A DNA stretch of 63,968 nt, counting the filler, from an uncultured bacterium (GTDB lineage: Bacteria; CAZSTA01): the NCBI GenBank assembly GCA_964609495.1. It is 3 parts of 3 records of this genome, joined end to end, with 100 filler letters (N's around TTAATTAATTAA, not from the genome) between each part and the next. Parts side by side here need not be neighbours in the genome. Positions count along the whole stretch, not along the records: positions 25,097 to 49,030 come from CAZSTA010000034.1; positions 49,131 to 63,968 come from CAZSTA010000083.1; 1 more part is not named here. The stretch is one strand, 5' to 3'. The notes under the pieces are model-generated. The model worked only from the letters and a program-made list of their open reading frames with translations, ran no database searches and was not told where the DNA came from. This document shows, piece by piece, positions 40,449-49,593 of the stretch (positions are counted from its first letter, which is position 1; every line of letters begins with the position of its first letter). The translations under genes were made by a program, and so were the position numbers.

Positions 40449-41714
40449 TCACCTCGGCACTTCCAGGTTGGCTAGCCATTCTGGAGTAATCCTTTTACCC
40501 AGCAGAAAAAACTTGCGCTCGGGATGCCAAAGCACCTCGTTGCCCCCTCGGCTGGTAAAGCTAGGATAAACCCCGATATCAATCCGTTGCAAAGGTCCGA
40601 TCCCCACCCCATCATTATCCATCAATTGCTTCGATTCGCTGAACCAGATCGGCTGTTGTCCATAGGGGCGAAATTCTCCGAGAGCGATGAACGCAGGACG
40701 TCGATTGCATTTCGTGTCCTCTGGCATACAGCCCTCAAAACGTCCATCGTTGTTGTGATGGAGAAGAATAAAACGCCCCTCAGAAAGTTTATAGATCGGA
40801 CAACAGCAAAGGGGCTGGAGAATGGGCAACCCATGATCTCGTCGCAAAAGGGGAGTGGGATTGCTCCACGTCACCCCGTCGTCATCGGATATGCTATACC
40901 AGATATATCCACTCATGGTTCGCATAACGCAGAACAGTCGGTTATCCGGAAGACGGACCAGGCTGGGCTCTTGAGCGACACTCAGGATCGGATTGGCGTA
41001 GTGAGGCACACGCAGAGCATCCTTGCCCCAGGCAGAGTAGGTGATTTTGATGTCCTTCGGCTCGGGATTATCATCGATGTTCTCGAAGCGCATAAACTCA
41101 ACCACCGACTCCCAAGATGTCCAGGAATCATTATGCTGGGATGTGCGGACGGCTTTACTGACCCAACGAGTGAAGCCAGTGAACCAGCGCCCTTTCAGGT
41201 CGCGGATAGGTATCTGCCAGACAATCCAATTTGACGGGACGGTGGGATCAGAATGGTCATACGGACTACGTGGCATAGGTATATTCTGTGGTAACGACCA
41301 AGTCTTGCCCATATCATCGCTATACACACAATCCATAGTTCCAGTATGCTGATGAACTACATCGTCGATTCCCTGATACTGGCTGTAGATAACGTAGATT
41401 CGGCCGGTAGGGGAAATGAGTGGGAAGCCCCAACTCGCCATGTAACCGTCACCAGGTCGTGTCGGTCCCACTAGTCGCAAGGGCGGCGCCCACGTTACTC
41501 CTTCATCCTCCGAGCGAGAGAATACGATGCGGTGATCGCAAGCTCCCTCATGGGTACTCTGCGTCCATACTGCCATAAGGGAGCCATCAGGCCCATCGAA
41601 AACCAGGAAATGTTCATTCCCGTTGTCGAAGGTCGAGCCGTCAACACTGCCAGGTTTATAGACCACGTAATCCGGCTCGCTGCGCCGAAGCTCCAATTCA
41701 AGATCGATCTTCAT
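40449..41714 (-). CDS. BNR/Asp-box sialidase-like protein
   Basis: SEDEGVTW, SDDMGKTW and SDDDGVTW Asp boxes. Confidence 0.85.
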   Translation of the reverse strand: MKIDLELELRRSEPDYVVYKPGSVDGSTFDNGNEHFLVFDGPDGSLMAVWTQSTHEGACDHRIVFSRSEDEGVTWAPPLRLVGPTRPGDGYMASWGFPLISPTGRIYVIYSQYQGIDDVVHQHTGTMDCVYSDDMGKTWSLPQNIPMPRSPYDHSDPTVPSNWIVWQIPIRDLKGRWFTGFTRWVSKAVRTSQHNDSWTSWESVVEFMRFENIDDNPEPKDIKITYSAWGKDALRVPHYANPILSVAQEPSLVRLPDNRLFCVMRTMSGYIWYSISDDDGVTWSNPTPLLRRDHGLPILQPLCCCPIYKLSEGRFILLHHNNDGRFEGCMPEDTKCNRRPAFIALGEFRPYGQQPIWFSESKQLMDNDGVGIGPLQRIDIGVYPSFTSRGGNEVLWHPERKFFLLGKRITPEWLANLEVPR

Positions 41715-41763
41715 ATTAATATCTCCTCTTCGACTTAAATAGATCCAAATTAACGAATGAAAA

Positions 41764-41795
41764 CAGAGAGGTTGAAAAAGGTATCAACCTCTCTG
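41764..41795. terminator. Hairpin
   Basis: CAGAGAGGTTGA-N8-TCAACCTCTCTG. Confidence 0.55.
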
Positions 41796-41834
41796 ATTAT
41801 ATCTGAGTTTAGCTTGAACTACGGGGGGAAAATT

Positions 41835-42005
41835 CTACTTCTCCTCAGCTTGCAACTGGGCAAGTAACTCATCGATCTTGGGGACTATATTTTTCATCGT
41901 CTCCTCAACGCTTTGTTTCCCCATCCTCTCCAATTCAGGATTCCAGATGCTCTGAACCTCATTCCATCTTCTAGGGATGGGATCTATATCTTGGATATAG
42001 CCACC
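41835..42005 (-). pseudogene. C-terminal remnant of a sugar-binding protein
   Basis: Startless frame PIPRRWNEVQSIWNPELERMGKQSVEETMKNIVPKIDELL..EEK*. Confidence 0.5.
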
Positions 42006-42029
42006 TAGCTCTCTCTCCCTCTCCCCATC

Positions 42030-43493
42030 TCAACTGATACTATCAACATCTATATCATACTTCTGCTTTAGCACCTTTAAGAAGACCTCGACTATGCGAG
42101 GGTCGAACTGGGTCCCTGCCGCCGCTTTCAACCTCCTAACCGCCTCTTCGGCAGATAAAGCTTTACGATAAGAGCGATCCGAGGTCATCGCATCATAAGA
42201 ATCTGCCACAGCTAGTATTCTAGCTTCCAGAGGTATTTCCTCTCCCCTCAATCCATCGGGATATCCAGTTCCATCATAATGCTCATGATGATGGCGGATA
42301 TAAGCTATCCCAGAGTGCAGAAAATCTATCGGATTTAGAATGCTCTCGCCGATTACAGGATGGTACTTTATCATATTGAATTCCTCCTCCGTCAATTTCC
42401 CATCCTTGTGCAAGATCTCCTCCGATATCCCGATCTTGCCCAGATCGTGTAACAAGGCCGCCTGCTTTAAGAGGCGAATCTCCTTCTCTGAAAAATTAAG
42501 CTCCTCCGCGATCGCGGTGGAGTATCTCATCACCATATCCGAATGACCTCGAGTGTAAGGATCTTTAGCCTCTAAAGCCATCGTCAGAGAACGAATAGTC
42601 TCGAAGTGATCCTTCTGGCTCTTCTCGTAAAGCTCAGCATTATTTATCGCTATAGCTACCTGCGCAGCCATAGCGGTTAATAATTCCTTCTCTTTGCTGG
42701 TAAAATCTCCATATCCCAGCCCTTCATCCCAGACTATCAAGAAACCGATAGCCTCATCCTTTATGATCAGAGGTAGGGAATAGGGGCTGATCCCGATCTT
42801 GGAGTGAATGACCGATCTCATCCTTCCCGCCAGTTCATTCTCTTGGCTATCTAATCCGGAGAGCTCCCCTTCGATCTCGTCCTCCAGTTCCCGATAGAGA
42901 TCCTCCTCTACTCCTCGCCTGGCTGAGAGGATGAACTTCCCTTCCCGGTCCTCATCCCTCAGGAAGAGGAGACATTTTCTCATCCTCACCAGTTCCTCTA
43001 TAGAGAGAAAGATGAGATTGAATATCTTATCAGTCTCTATCTCGGAGGTTATCGCTTTATTTATCTCATTTAAGATCGCTAGCTCGGAAAGTTTATCCTC
43101 TAACTCTTTCTTCTCCAGAGCCATCCTTTGCCAGTCTAAAGCTCGCTCGATTACTATACTCATCTCTTTAGGCTGAGGAGGTTTTACTATATAGTCATAA
43201 GCTCCGCTCTTTATCGCTTCTACCGCGGTCTCAATCGTTGCCCGAGCAGTGAGGATTATGACCACTATCCTGGGATCTCTTACCTTTACCTTTCTAAGCA
43301 ACTCTAATCCGCTCAAACCTGGCATCTCAAGGTCAGAGATCACAATATTAAAAAACTTGCTCCTCATCTCATCCAGAGCGGATAATCCGTCCTTGGCGGC
43401 AACAACATTATACTCCATCTCCATCAGTAAATCAGTCATCAACTGCCTTATTAGTTGACTATCATCCACTACTAAGATATCAGCTTTAGGCAT
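42030..43493 (-). CDS. Response regulator-GAF-HD-GYP phosphodiesterase
   Basis: VVDD..DLEMP; YTRGHS; LHDLGK; HHEHYDGTGYP. Confidence 0.94.
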   Translation of the reverse strand: MPKADILVVDDSQLIRQLMTDLLMEMEYNVVAAKDGLSALDEMRSKFFNIVISDLEMPGLSGLELLRKVKVRDPRIVVIILTARATIETAVEAIKSGAYDYIVKPPQPKEMSIVIERALDWQRMALEKKELEDKLSELAILNEINKAITSEIETDKIFNLIFLSIEELVRMRKCLLFLRDEDREGKFILSARRGVEEDLYRELEDEIEGELSGLDSQENELAGRMRSVIHSKIGISPYSLPLIIKDEAIGFLIVWDEGLGYGDFTSKEKELLTAMAAQVAIAINNAELYEKSQKDHFETIRSLTMALEAKDPYTRGHSDMVMRYSTAIAEELNFSEKEIRLLKQAALLHDLGKIGISEEILHKDGKLTEEEFNMIKYHPVIGESILNPIDFLHSGIAYIRHHHEHYDGTGYPDGLRGEEIPLEARILAVADSYDAMTSDRSYRKALSAEEAVRRLKAAAGTQFDPRIVEVFLKVLKQKYDIDVDSIS

Positions 43494-43578
43494 TGGATTT
43501 TACCTCATTAAATGTTGTTCCCGAGCTCCGATCGATTTCAGAGATGGGAAGGAGGAAAGCTCTCTCTACCCGTAGTTA

Positions 43579-43824
43579 TCAAGTTGTCGGAGTTTCACTT
43601 CCATCCAATATCTCCTTGATCTGAAGCAGAGTATAATTCTGCTCCTTCAAGGTCTTTATTCTGTTTAACCTGTCAAATACTTCCTCGGAGAACAATCTAT
43701 GTCCAGAATCGGTTCTCTCTGACTCCTTGATCAACCCGATCTGAGTGTAATTATGAATGACTTGTCTGGACAAGCCACTGTATTTCATAACCTCTCCGAT
43801 CTTATAAAGCTTCTCTGGAAACAT
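43579..43824 (-). CDS. MerR-type HTH protein
   Basis: YKIGEV..SRQVIHNY..GHRLF. Confidence 0.88.
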   Translation of the reverse strand: MFPEKLYKIGEVMKYSGLSRQVIHNYTQIGLIKESERTDSGHRLFSEEVFDRLNRIKTLKEQNYTLLQIKEILDGSETPTT

Positions 43825-43934
43825 TACGCTTATCCCTCCTTAACACTAAGTCCTAGAAATAGCATCTCTCTATCATTGGACGCTATCGAGAGGGAAAGCT
43901 TCCATATTATCTATCCGAATTTGCAAATTACTCT

Positions 43935-45227
43935 TTATGTTAAGAGAATAGGTAAAGTCGAAATAGCATTGGGAACGACATGAACAGTGGCCTTGACACC
44001 TTTTCGGGAGAAGGCGATCTCGAGCGCCTCCTCCATATCTTTGGCATGGAGGAGCTTCATCTCTTGCACTTGGTCAGGTATCTTTGTTCCAACAAACATC
44101 ACCTCAGCATAGCGCATCGTCCTCGCCACCATATAAGCCCGATGTTGCCCTGGACGACATCTCCCGCTACGCACTCTATTGATTATCTTATCTGGAGTGG
44201 CTTCTCTCATCATCTCGTAGAATCGCTGTTCTCCGAGTCCCTTCCCCACTCCTTCCTCACACTGAGCAGGGATTATTATCATTCCGCCCTTCTTAACTAT
44301 CGTCTCTTGACTGGCAGTCAAATAGGTAGCCGCCCGAGAAGCCTGATAAAGATTGCTATCCTTAGGATATCCAACTCCCCCGATAACTATATCAGCTTTT
44401 CGAGATACCTTAACCTTACATACCCTATCAGCAAAATCGACTCCTTCTCTGAAAGCCTCATACATACTACCTGCGACTGCCTTAACTACTTGACCCGCTT
44501 GATTCCTAATAACATTGATTATGAAAGTTAGCCCCACGGTTTGAGCAACCTCTTGAAGAGCTTTTTGAAAGGGATTATCATCGATCACACCCAGCCTAGT
44601 TCCTGGATCATCAAAGTATCTAGGGCTATGAGTATATTCTATAAATTCCTCTCCAGCTACTCCTACAGCCAATCCCTTGCTTCCCCCGCTATATCCCGCA
44701 TAAAGATGAGGCTCTATAACTCCCGTAGATATTATCTCATAGGATTCGAAAACTTCATTATTAACGATAATGGGGGCTCCCGAGGAGGTCTTGCCTAGGT
44801 TGATCAGATTAGATTCATCCCTAGCATCGTGATTCACTATCCTGATTCTATCGAATATATCCTCTCCCAGATTCTCTTTTATCTCTTCATCTGTTCGGGG
44901 ACGGTGCATCCCTGTTCCAATTACAATTGATATATCCTCATCCTTTACTCCTCCCTCATTCAGCTCCTTTACTATGAGAGGGACAATAATATCATCGGGA
45001 CAAGAGCGAGTGAAATCGGTGGTTATAATAGCTATCTTATCTCTGGGAGAGACGACATCTCTTATTCTCTCTATACTAATAGGATTATATAGAGCTTGTT
45101 TTATAAGCTCTTCTGCACTACCCTCTGGTTCTATATTATCAGGTTGAATAACATCTAACAGATTCTTTTCGGGAATAGTAACTTCTAGCTCAGTTTTAGA
45201 ATATGGAATCTTAACAACCTTTCCCAT
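43935..45227 (-). CDS. larA: Nickel-pincer lactate racemase (LarA) family protein
   Basis: DFTRS, GTGMHR, EPHLYAGYSGG, NLYQA. Confidence 0.85.
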   Translation of the reverse strand: MGKVVKIPYSKTELEVTIPEKNLLDVIQPDNIEPEGSAEELIKQALYNPISIERIRDVVSPRDKIAIITTDFTRSCPDDIIVPLIVKELNEGGVKDEDISIVIGTGMHRPRTDEEIKENLGEDIFDRIRIVNHDARDESNLINLGKTSSGAPIIVNNEVFESYEIISTGVIEPHLYAGYSGGSKGLAVGVAGEEFIEYTHSPRYFDDPGTRLGVIDDNPFQKALQEVAQTVGLTFIINVIRNQAGQVVKAVAGSMYEAFREGVDFADRVCKVKVSRKADIVIGGVGYPKDSNLYQASRAATYLTASQETIVKKGGMIIIPAQCEEGVGKGLGEQRFYEMMREATPDKIINRVRSGRCRPGQHRAYMVARTMRYAEVMFVGTKIPDQVQEMKLLHAKDMEEALEIAFSRKGVKATVHVVPNAISTLPILLT

Positions 45228-45386
45228 CTTATNNNNNNNNNNNNNNNNNNNNNNNNNNNNNNNNNNNNNNNNNNNNNNNNNNNNNNNNNNNNNNNNNNNN
45301 NNNNNNNNNNNNNNNNNNNNNNNNNNNNNNNNACTCTATAACGAACTCATCAGTAATATTAATCCCTTAATTTTTACATAAAATAC

Positions 45387-45415
45387 TTGACTTTATTCTG
45401 ATATGATATTATAAT
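45387..45415 (+). promoter_or_regulatory. sigma70-like promoter in an AT-rich intergenic region
   Basis: TTGACT-17-TATAAT. Confidence 0.6.
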
Positions 45416-45727
45416 AGTTATGATATTGATAGATAAATATCACTTTCATATTATATGACTATAACTGCCGATAAGATAAGTAAAACTTTATAATACTATA
45501 TGATTATACTATAGTTATCAATATAAGTCAAGACTCTTCCTTAAACATTTACACCCCCTATTTGATTTTTTACTATTGGAGGAGCTATGGTTTCTCACTT
45601 TTTGAAAACGCTGAACTAAAAACTCTGTTTCCAAGCGGATTTTTGGATAAGGGGTATGGGCAATACAAACCCCACAAAAACCCGCATTAATAGTAGATTT
45701 CTGAAAAAGTATAGAAAGGAGATTAAA

Positions 45728-46816
45728 ATGCCTGATTATCCCCAAGACGAAAGTCCAGAAGATAGGCAGAAGGAATTGCGAGACAAATTATCCAGATTGG
45801 AGTCTAAGCTGTCAAAGTTGAGCTCAAGAGCTATGTTCTCCAAACTCTCGGATGAGACGGAGGATATCGGCTCGAATTTAGCGCTACTTCCCTCCAAAAT
45901 AGAGGGTATCCGCGCTAAAGGATATATCTTCAAGAAGTATTTGGAGAGAAAGGCGGAAGTTCTTTCCTCCCACTGGAATGAGCTTAAACCTCGTCTGAAT
46001 GAAGAGATGAGGCGTTTGGGGCGCGATCTGAAGCTCGAGGCTGATGTGGTATCTAGGGAGATAAGTCTGAATAGATCCTATTTAAGCTCCCCTACCGAGA
46101 TAGAAGCTTTTATTGAACGAACTGAAAGAAAAATAGATGATTTAGAGGATAGGACAAGGAGCGCTGAAGAAAAGCTCAGGGGAATGTTCGATACCCTCAA
46201 CACTAATATAAGGGAGACTAGGAAGCAACTCGATAGGGTCGAATGGATGCAAAAGCAGTTAGATGAAGCCTCCTTCCAACTACATGTTGAAGAGAATGCT
46301 ATCGAAGCTGTCGAAGCCGAATATTTAGAGGACGGGAAAAAAGGTCCTAAGGGGATACTCTATCTCACTGATCAGAGACTCCTCTTCGAGCAGAAAGAGA
46401 AGGTAGTGGTGGAGAGAAGATTGCTCATCTTCACCAAGAAGGAGAAGGTTCAAGAATTACTGCTGGATATACCCTTGAATCTGGTGGAAGAAGTTATAGA
46501 CAAAGAGGCTGGTTTCATCTTTAGAAAAGAGCTTTTAGACTTGAAGCTGAGATCGGGCGCCCCAGTTAGAGAAGCCACCTTCAAACTGAAGGCGGATTCT
46601 GAGCTATGGCGAGGATGGATTAGGAGGGTGATCACCGGAGAGATAGAGGGTGAAGAGATAGAGGTTGCTAGAGAGGAGGAAAAGAAAGAGGGAGAAAAGG
46701 AAGAAAAGCCTAGAGTTATCAAATGTCCCACCTGTGGGGCTATAGTTGATAAGCCTATCCTCAGAGGGCAGGTTAGTGTGGAATGTGATTTCTGCGGAGC
46801 TACCTTTAGGATATAA
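45728..46816 (+). CDS. Coiled-coil, PH/GRAM-like and C-terminal Zn-ribbon protein
   Basis: GILYLTDQRLLFE; CPTCGA..CDFCG; AAGGAG RBS. Confidence 0.75.
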   Translation: MPDYPQDESPEDRQKELRDKLSRLESKLSKLSSRAMFSKLSDETEDIGSNLALLPSKIEGIRAKGYIFKKYLERKAEVLSSHWNELKPRLNEEMRRLGRDLKLEADVVSREISLNRSYLSSPTEIEAFIERTERKIDDLEDRTRSAEEKLRGMFDTLNTNIRETRKQLDRVEWMQKQLDEASFQLHVEENAIEAVEAEYLEDGKKGPKGILYLTDQRLLFEQKEKVVVERRLLIFTKKEKVQELLLDIPLNLVEEVIDKEAGFIFRKELLDLKLRSGAPVREATFKLKADSELWRGWIRRVITGEIEGEEIEVAREEEKKEGEKEEKPRVIKCPTCGAIVDKPILRGQVSVECDFCGATFRI

Positions 46817-46903
46817 TAGCTATATCTTTCTTTGGTAAGTCAGATTATCGCGAAGCTATGTTATTGGAGGTGGGCTTAAATAGATAAAGATAAGAAATTA
46901 GTG

Positions 46904-47014
46904 ATGAAGAAAGAAAGGACCATCAAAGAGGATGGACGTTACCTAATCTATTATAGCTGGGTAGAGGAAGAGGTGAAAGAGAAAGAGCAGAAGGATAAGA
47001 AAGGAGATAATTGA
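46904..47014 (+). CDS. 36-aa small protein coupled to the galE-like gene (absent from the ORF track)
   Basis: MKKERTIKEDGRYLIYYSW...GDN*; stop overlaps the next ATG (TGATG). Confidence 0.55.
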   Translation: MKKERTIKEDGRYLIYYSWVEEEVKEKEQKDKKGDN

Positions 47015-47961
47015 TGAAAGTATTGGTTACAGGAGGGGCTGGATTCATAGGCTCTCATGTAGTTGATGGAATGTTAGAGGCTGGATACGAGGTCGTTATA
47101 ATTGATAATCTATCCACTGGTAAAGAGGAAAATATAGCTCCTCAAGCTAAATTTTATAACTTAAACCTCCAAGATGCTGAATTGAATAGTATATTCAAGG
47201 AAGAAAGACCTGATTATGTTGCTCATCATGCGGCTCAAGCCAGCGTCGCAGTTTCAGTTAAGAACCCTATCCTTGATGCCGAATCCAATATACTCGGCTC
47301 TATCAATTTACTCGAAAATTGTGTCCGTTATGGGGTGAAGAAAGTCATCTTCGCCTCCTCCGGAGGATGTGTATATGGAGAGGCGGATGAGCTACCTACT
47401 ACGGAGGAAGCCATCTTCAAAGCTCCTCCCTCTCCTTACGGGATAACTAAGATCGCCGGAGAGTATTATTTTCAATTTTATCAAGCTGAGAAGGGCTTGA
47501 ACTGCACCACTCTGAGATATGCTAATATCTATGGGCCTCGTCAAGATCCCTACGGAGAGGCTGGAGTAGTAGCTATCTTCGCCCAAACGATGTTAGACGG
47601 GAGAGCTCCTCTCATCTACGCCGCTAAGCAACCGGGAGACGGAGGATGTGTCAGAGATTATACCTATGTAGGCGATGTAGTTCGGGCTAATCTACTGGCT
47701 TTGGAGAAGGGTGATAACGAAGCTTTCAATATCGGAAGTGGTATCGGGACTAAGACGGAAGAACTATTTAGGATGATGAGCAGGATCGTAGGCTATACTG
47801 GGACTCCTAAACAGCTCCCCCCTCGACCGGGTGATATTCTGAGGAGCACCCTCTCCTATGCAAAAGCGGAGAGGATATTGGGATGGAAACCAGAGGTAAC
47901 TTTGGAGGAGGGGCTCAAGAAGACTATAGAGCATCTTAAAGATAAAGACTTGATGAGGTGA
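47014..47961 (+). CDS. UDP-glucose 4-epimerase-like extended SDR
   Basis: TGGAGFIG; YGITK; YANIYGPRQ. Confidence 0.9.
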   Translation: MKVLVTGGAGFIGSHVVDGMLEAGYEVVIIDNLSTGKEENIAPQAKFYNLNLQDAELNSIFKEERPDYVAHHAAQASVAVSVKNPILDAESNILGSINLLENCVRYGVKKVIFASSGGCVYGEADELPTTEEAIFKAPPSPYGITKIAGEYYFQFYQAEKGLNCTTLRYANIYGPRQDPYGEAGVVAIFAQTMLDGRAPLIYAAKQPGDGGCVRDYTYVGDVVRANLLALEKGDNEAFNIGSGIGTKTEELFRMMSRIVGYTGTPKQLPPRPGDILRSTLSYAKAERILGWKPEVTLEEGLKKTIEHLKDKDLMR

Positions 47962-47962
47962 T

Positions 47963-48943
47963 ATGATGCCAGAACTAAGATGGGATCCAGTCCTTGAGGA
48001 GTGGGTAGTGATCGCTAGCAAGCGGATAAATAGACCCCTATTACCTAAGAATACCTGCCCTTTCTGTCCGGGGGTTTTAGAAGTTCCAAAGGATTATGAA
48101 ATAGTATGCTTTGAGAATATGTTCCCCTCCTTTGAACAGAACCCAGATGAACCCTCGGTGGAGGGCGATGAATTATCTCCAGTCCTCCCTGCTAAGGGGA
48201 TCTGCGAAGTGATATTATATACCCCCCAGCATGATACTACTTTGACCCAGCAAAGCGTCTCCCATATTCGCAAACTTGTCGAGGTCTGGAGCGATAGATA
48301 TCGAGAGCTAGGCGAGTATGATTTCATAGATTATGTTTATATCTTCGAGAATAAGGGGGAGGTAATCGGAGTCACCTTGACTCATCCTCACGGGCAGATA
48401 TATGCCTTCTCCTATATCCCTCCCAAGATTCAAAGAGGGTTGAACTCCAGCGAGAAATATATGAAGGAGAAGGGTCGTTGTTTATTCTGCGATATATTAA
48501 ATAAGGAGCGGAAGGATGGCCGGCGAATGGTTGCTGAGAACCAGAGCTTCTCGGCCTTTGTTCCCTTCTTCGCTCACTGGTCGTATGAGATCCATATCTA
48601 TCCTCATCGGCACCTCGGCTCTCTGCTCGATTTTACCGAGGAGGAAAAGGATGATTTCGCCAAGATCTTAAAGGTGATACTCCTAAAGTATGATAATCTA
48701 TTTGGATTTTCCTTGCCCTATATGATGCTTATGCATCAGATTCCGACTGATGGCAAGGATTACAGCTACTACCACTTTCACGTGGAGTTCTATCCTCTTC
48801 ACCGAGGTCCAAATAAGTTGAAATATCTAGCTGGTTGCGAATCTGGAGCTGGAACCTTCATCAACGACAATGCTCCAGAGGATAAAGCGCAAGAGTTACG
48901 CGAGGTAGATCCTAAAACAACCTTGATAGGAAGAATTATTTAA
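47963..48943 (+). CDS. galT: Galactose-1-phosphate uridylyltransferase
   Basis: CPFCPG; FENKG..HPHGQ. Confidence 0.95.
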   Translation: MMPELRWDPVLEEWVVIASKRINRPLLPKNTCPFCPGVLEVPKDYEIVCFENMFPSFEQNPDEPSVEGDELSPVLPAKGICEVILYTPQHDTTLTQQSVSHIRKLVEVWSDRYRELGEYDFIDYVYIFENKGEVIGVTLTHPHGQIYAFSYIPPKIQRGLNSSEKYMKEKGRCLFCDILNKERKDGRRMVAENQSFSAFVPFFAHWSYEIHIYPHRHLGSLLDFTEEEKDDFAKILKVILLKYDNLFGFSLPYMMLMHQIPTDGKDYSYYHFHVEFYPLHRGPNKLKYLAGCESGAGTFINDNAPEDKAQELREVDPKTTLIGRII

Positions 48944-49030
48944 ATCACCTTCCCCTGACCCCTCTCATCTTGGTCTTTGCTGAATTAATAAGGCTATCAA
49001 AGAATCTTGTTAATTATCACCCTCCCCCTA
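48944..49030. repeat. MITE/REP-like copy cut by the contig end
   Basis: GAATTAATAAGGCTATCAAAGAATCTTGTTAATTATCACCCTCCCCCTA shared with the 7720-7770 and 25450-25500 copies. Confidence 0.8.
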
Positions 49031-49130
49031 NNNNNNNNNNNNNNNNNNNNNNNNNNNNNNNNNNNNNNNNNNNNTTAATTAATTAANNNNNNNNNNNNNN
49101 NNNNNNNNNNNNNNNNNNNNNNNNNNNNNN
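49031..49130. other. Artificial contig-joining linker
   Basis: N44-TTAATTAATTAA-N44. Confidence 0.97.
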
Positions 49131-49131
49131 A

Positions 49132-49560
49132 GAGGAAGCCATCTCCGAATATAAAACTGCTCTCCAGATCAAACCTGATTATGCTGATGCTCACAACAAT
49201 TTAGGACTTCTCTACAAAGATCAAGGGAAGATAGAGGAAGCCATCTCCGAATATAAAACTGCTCTCCAGATCAAACCTGATTATGCTGATGCTCACAACA
49301 ATTTAGGACTTCTCTACAAAGATCAAGGGAAGATAGAGGAAGCCATCTCCGAATATAAAACTGCTCTCCAGATCAAACCTGATTATGCTCCTGCTCACGT
49401 TAATCTAGGACTTGCTTATAAGGAGAAGGGAGAAAAAGAAAAGGCAATCGAACATTTTGAGAGATATTTAGAATCATCTACCGATGAGTATTGGAACAAT
49501 AAGGCTAGGGAAAATATCGAAGAATTGAGGAAGGATATTACCACGAACTCTGAGGATTAA
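49132..49560 (+). CDS. C-terminal part of a TPR protein (5' end truncated)
   Basis: EEAISEYKTALQIKPDYADAHNNLGLLYKDQGKI repeated; about 2.5 identical 102-bp units (49131-49389). Confidence 0.9.
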   Translation, partial: EEAISEYKTALQIKPDYADAHNNLGLLYKDQGKIEEAISEYKTALQIKPDYADAHNNLGLLYKDQGKIEEAISEYKTALQIKPDYAPAHVNLGLAYKEKGEKEKAIEHFERYLESSTDEYWNNKARENIEELRKDITTNSED

Positions 49561-49593
49561 CTGCACTGTTATATAATGAAATCCGAGAGTCAA

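Noticed and set aside
40524-41234. Long antisense ORFs (e.g. 40524-41234, 43980-44531, 37851-38324)
   Set aside because: Shadow frames opposite well-supported genes, with no recognisable motifs
49131-49389. Regular direct repeats as a CRISPR array
   Set aside because: Contiguous 102-bp coding TPR units with no spacers; no cas genes in the window
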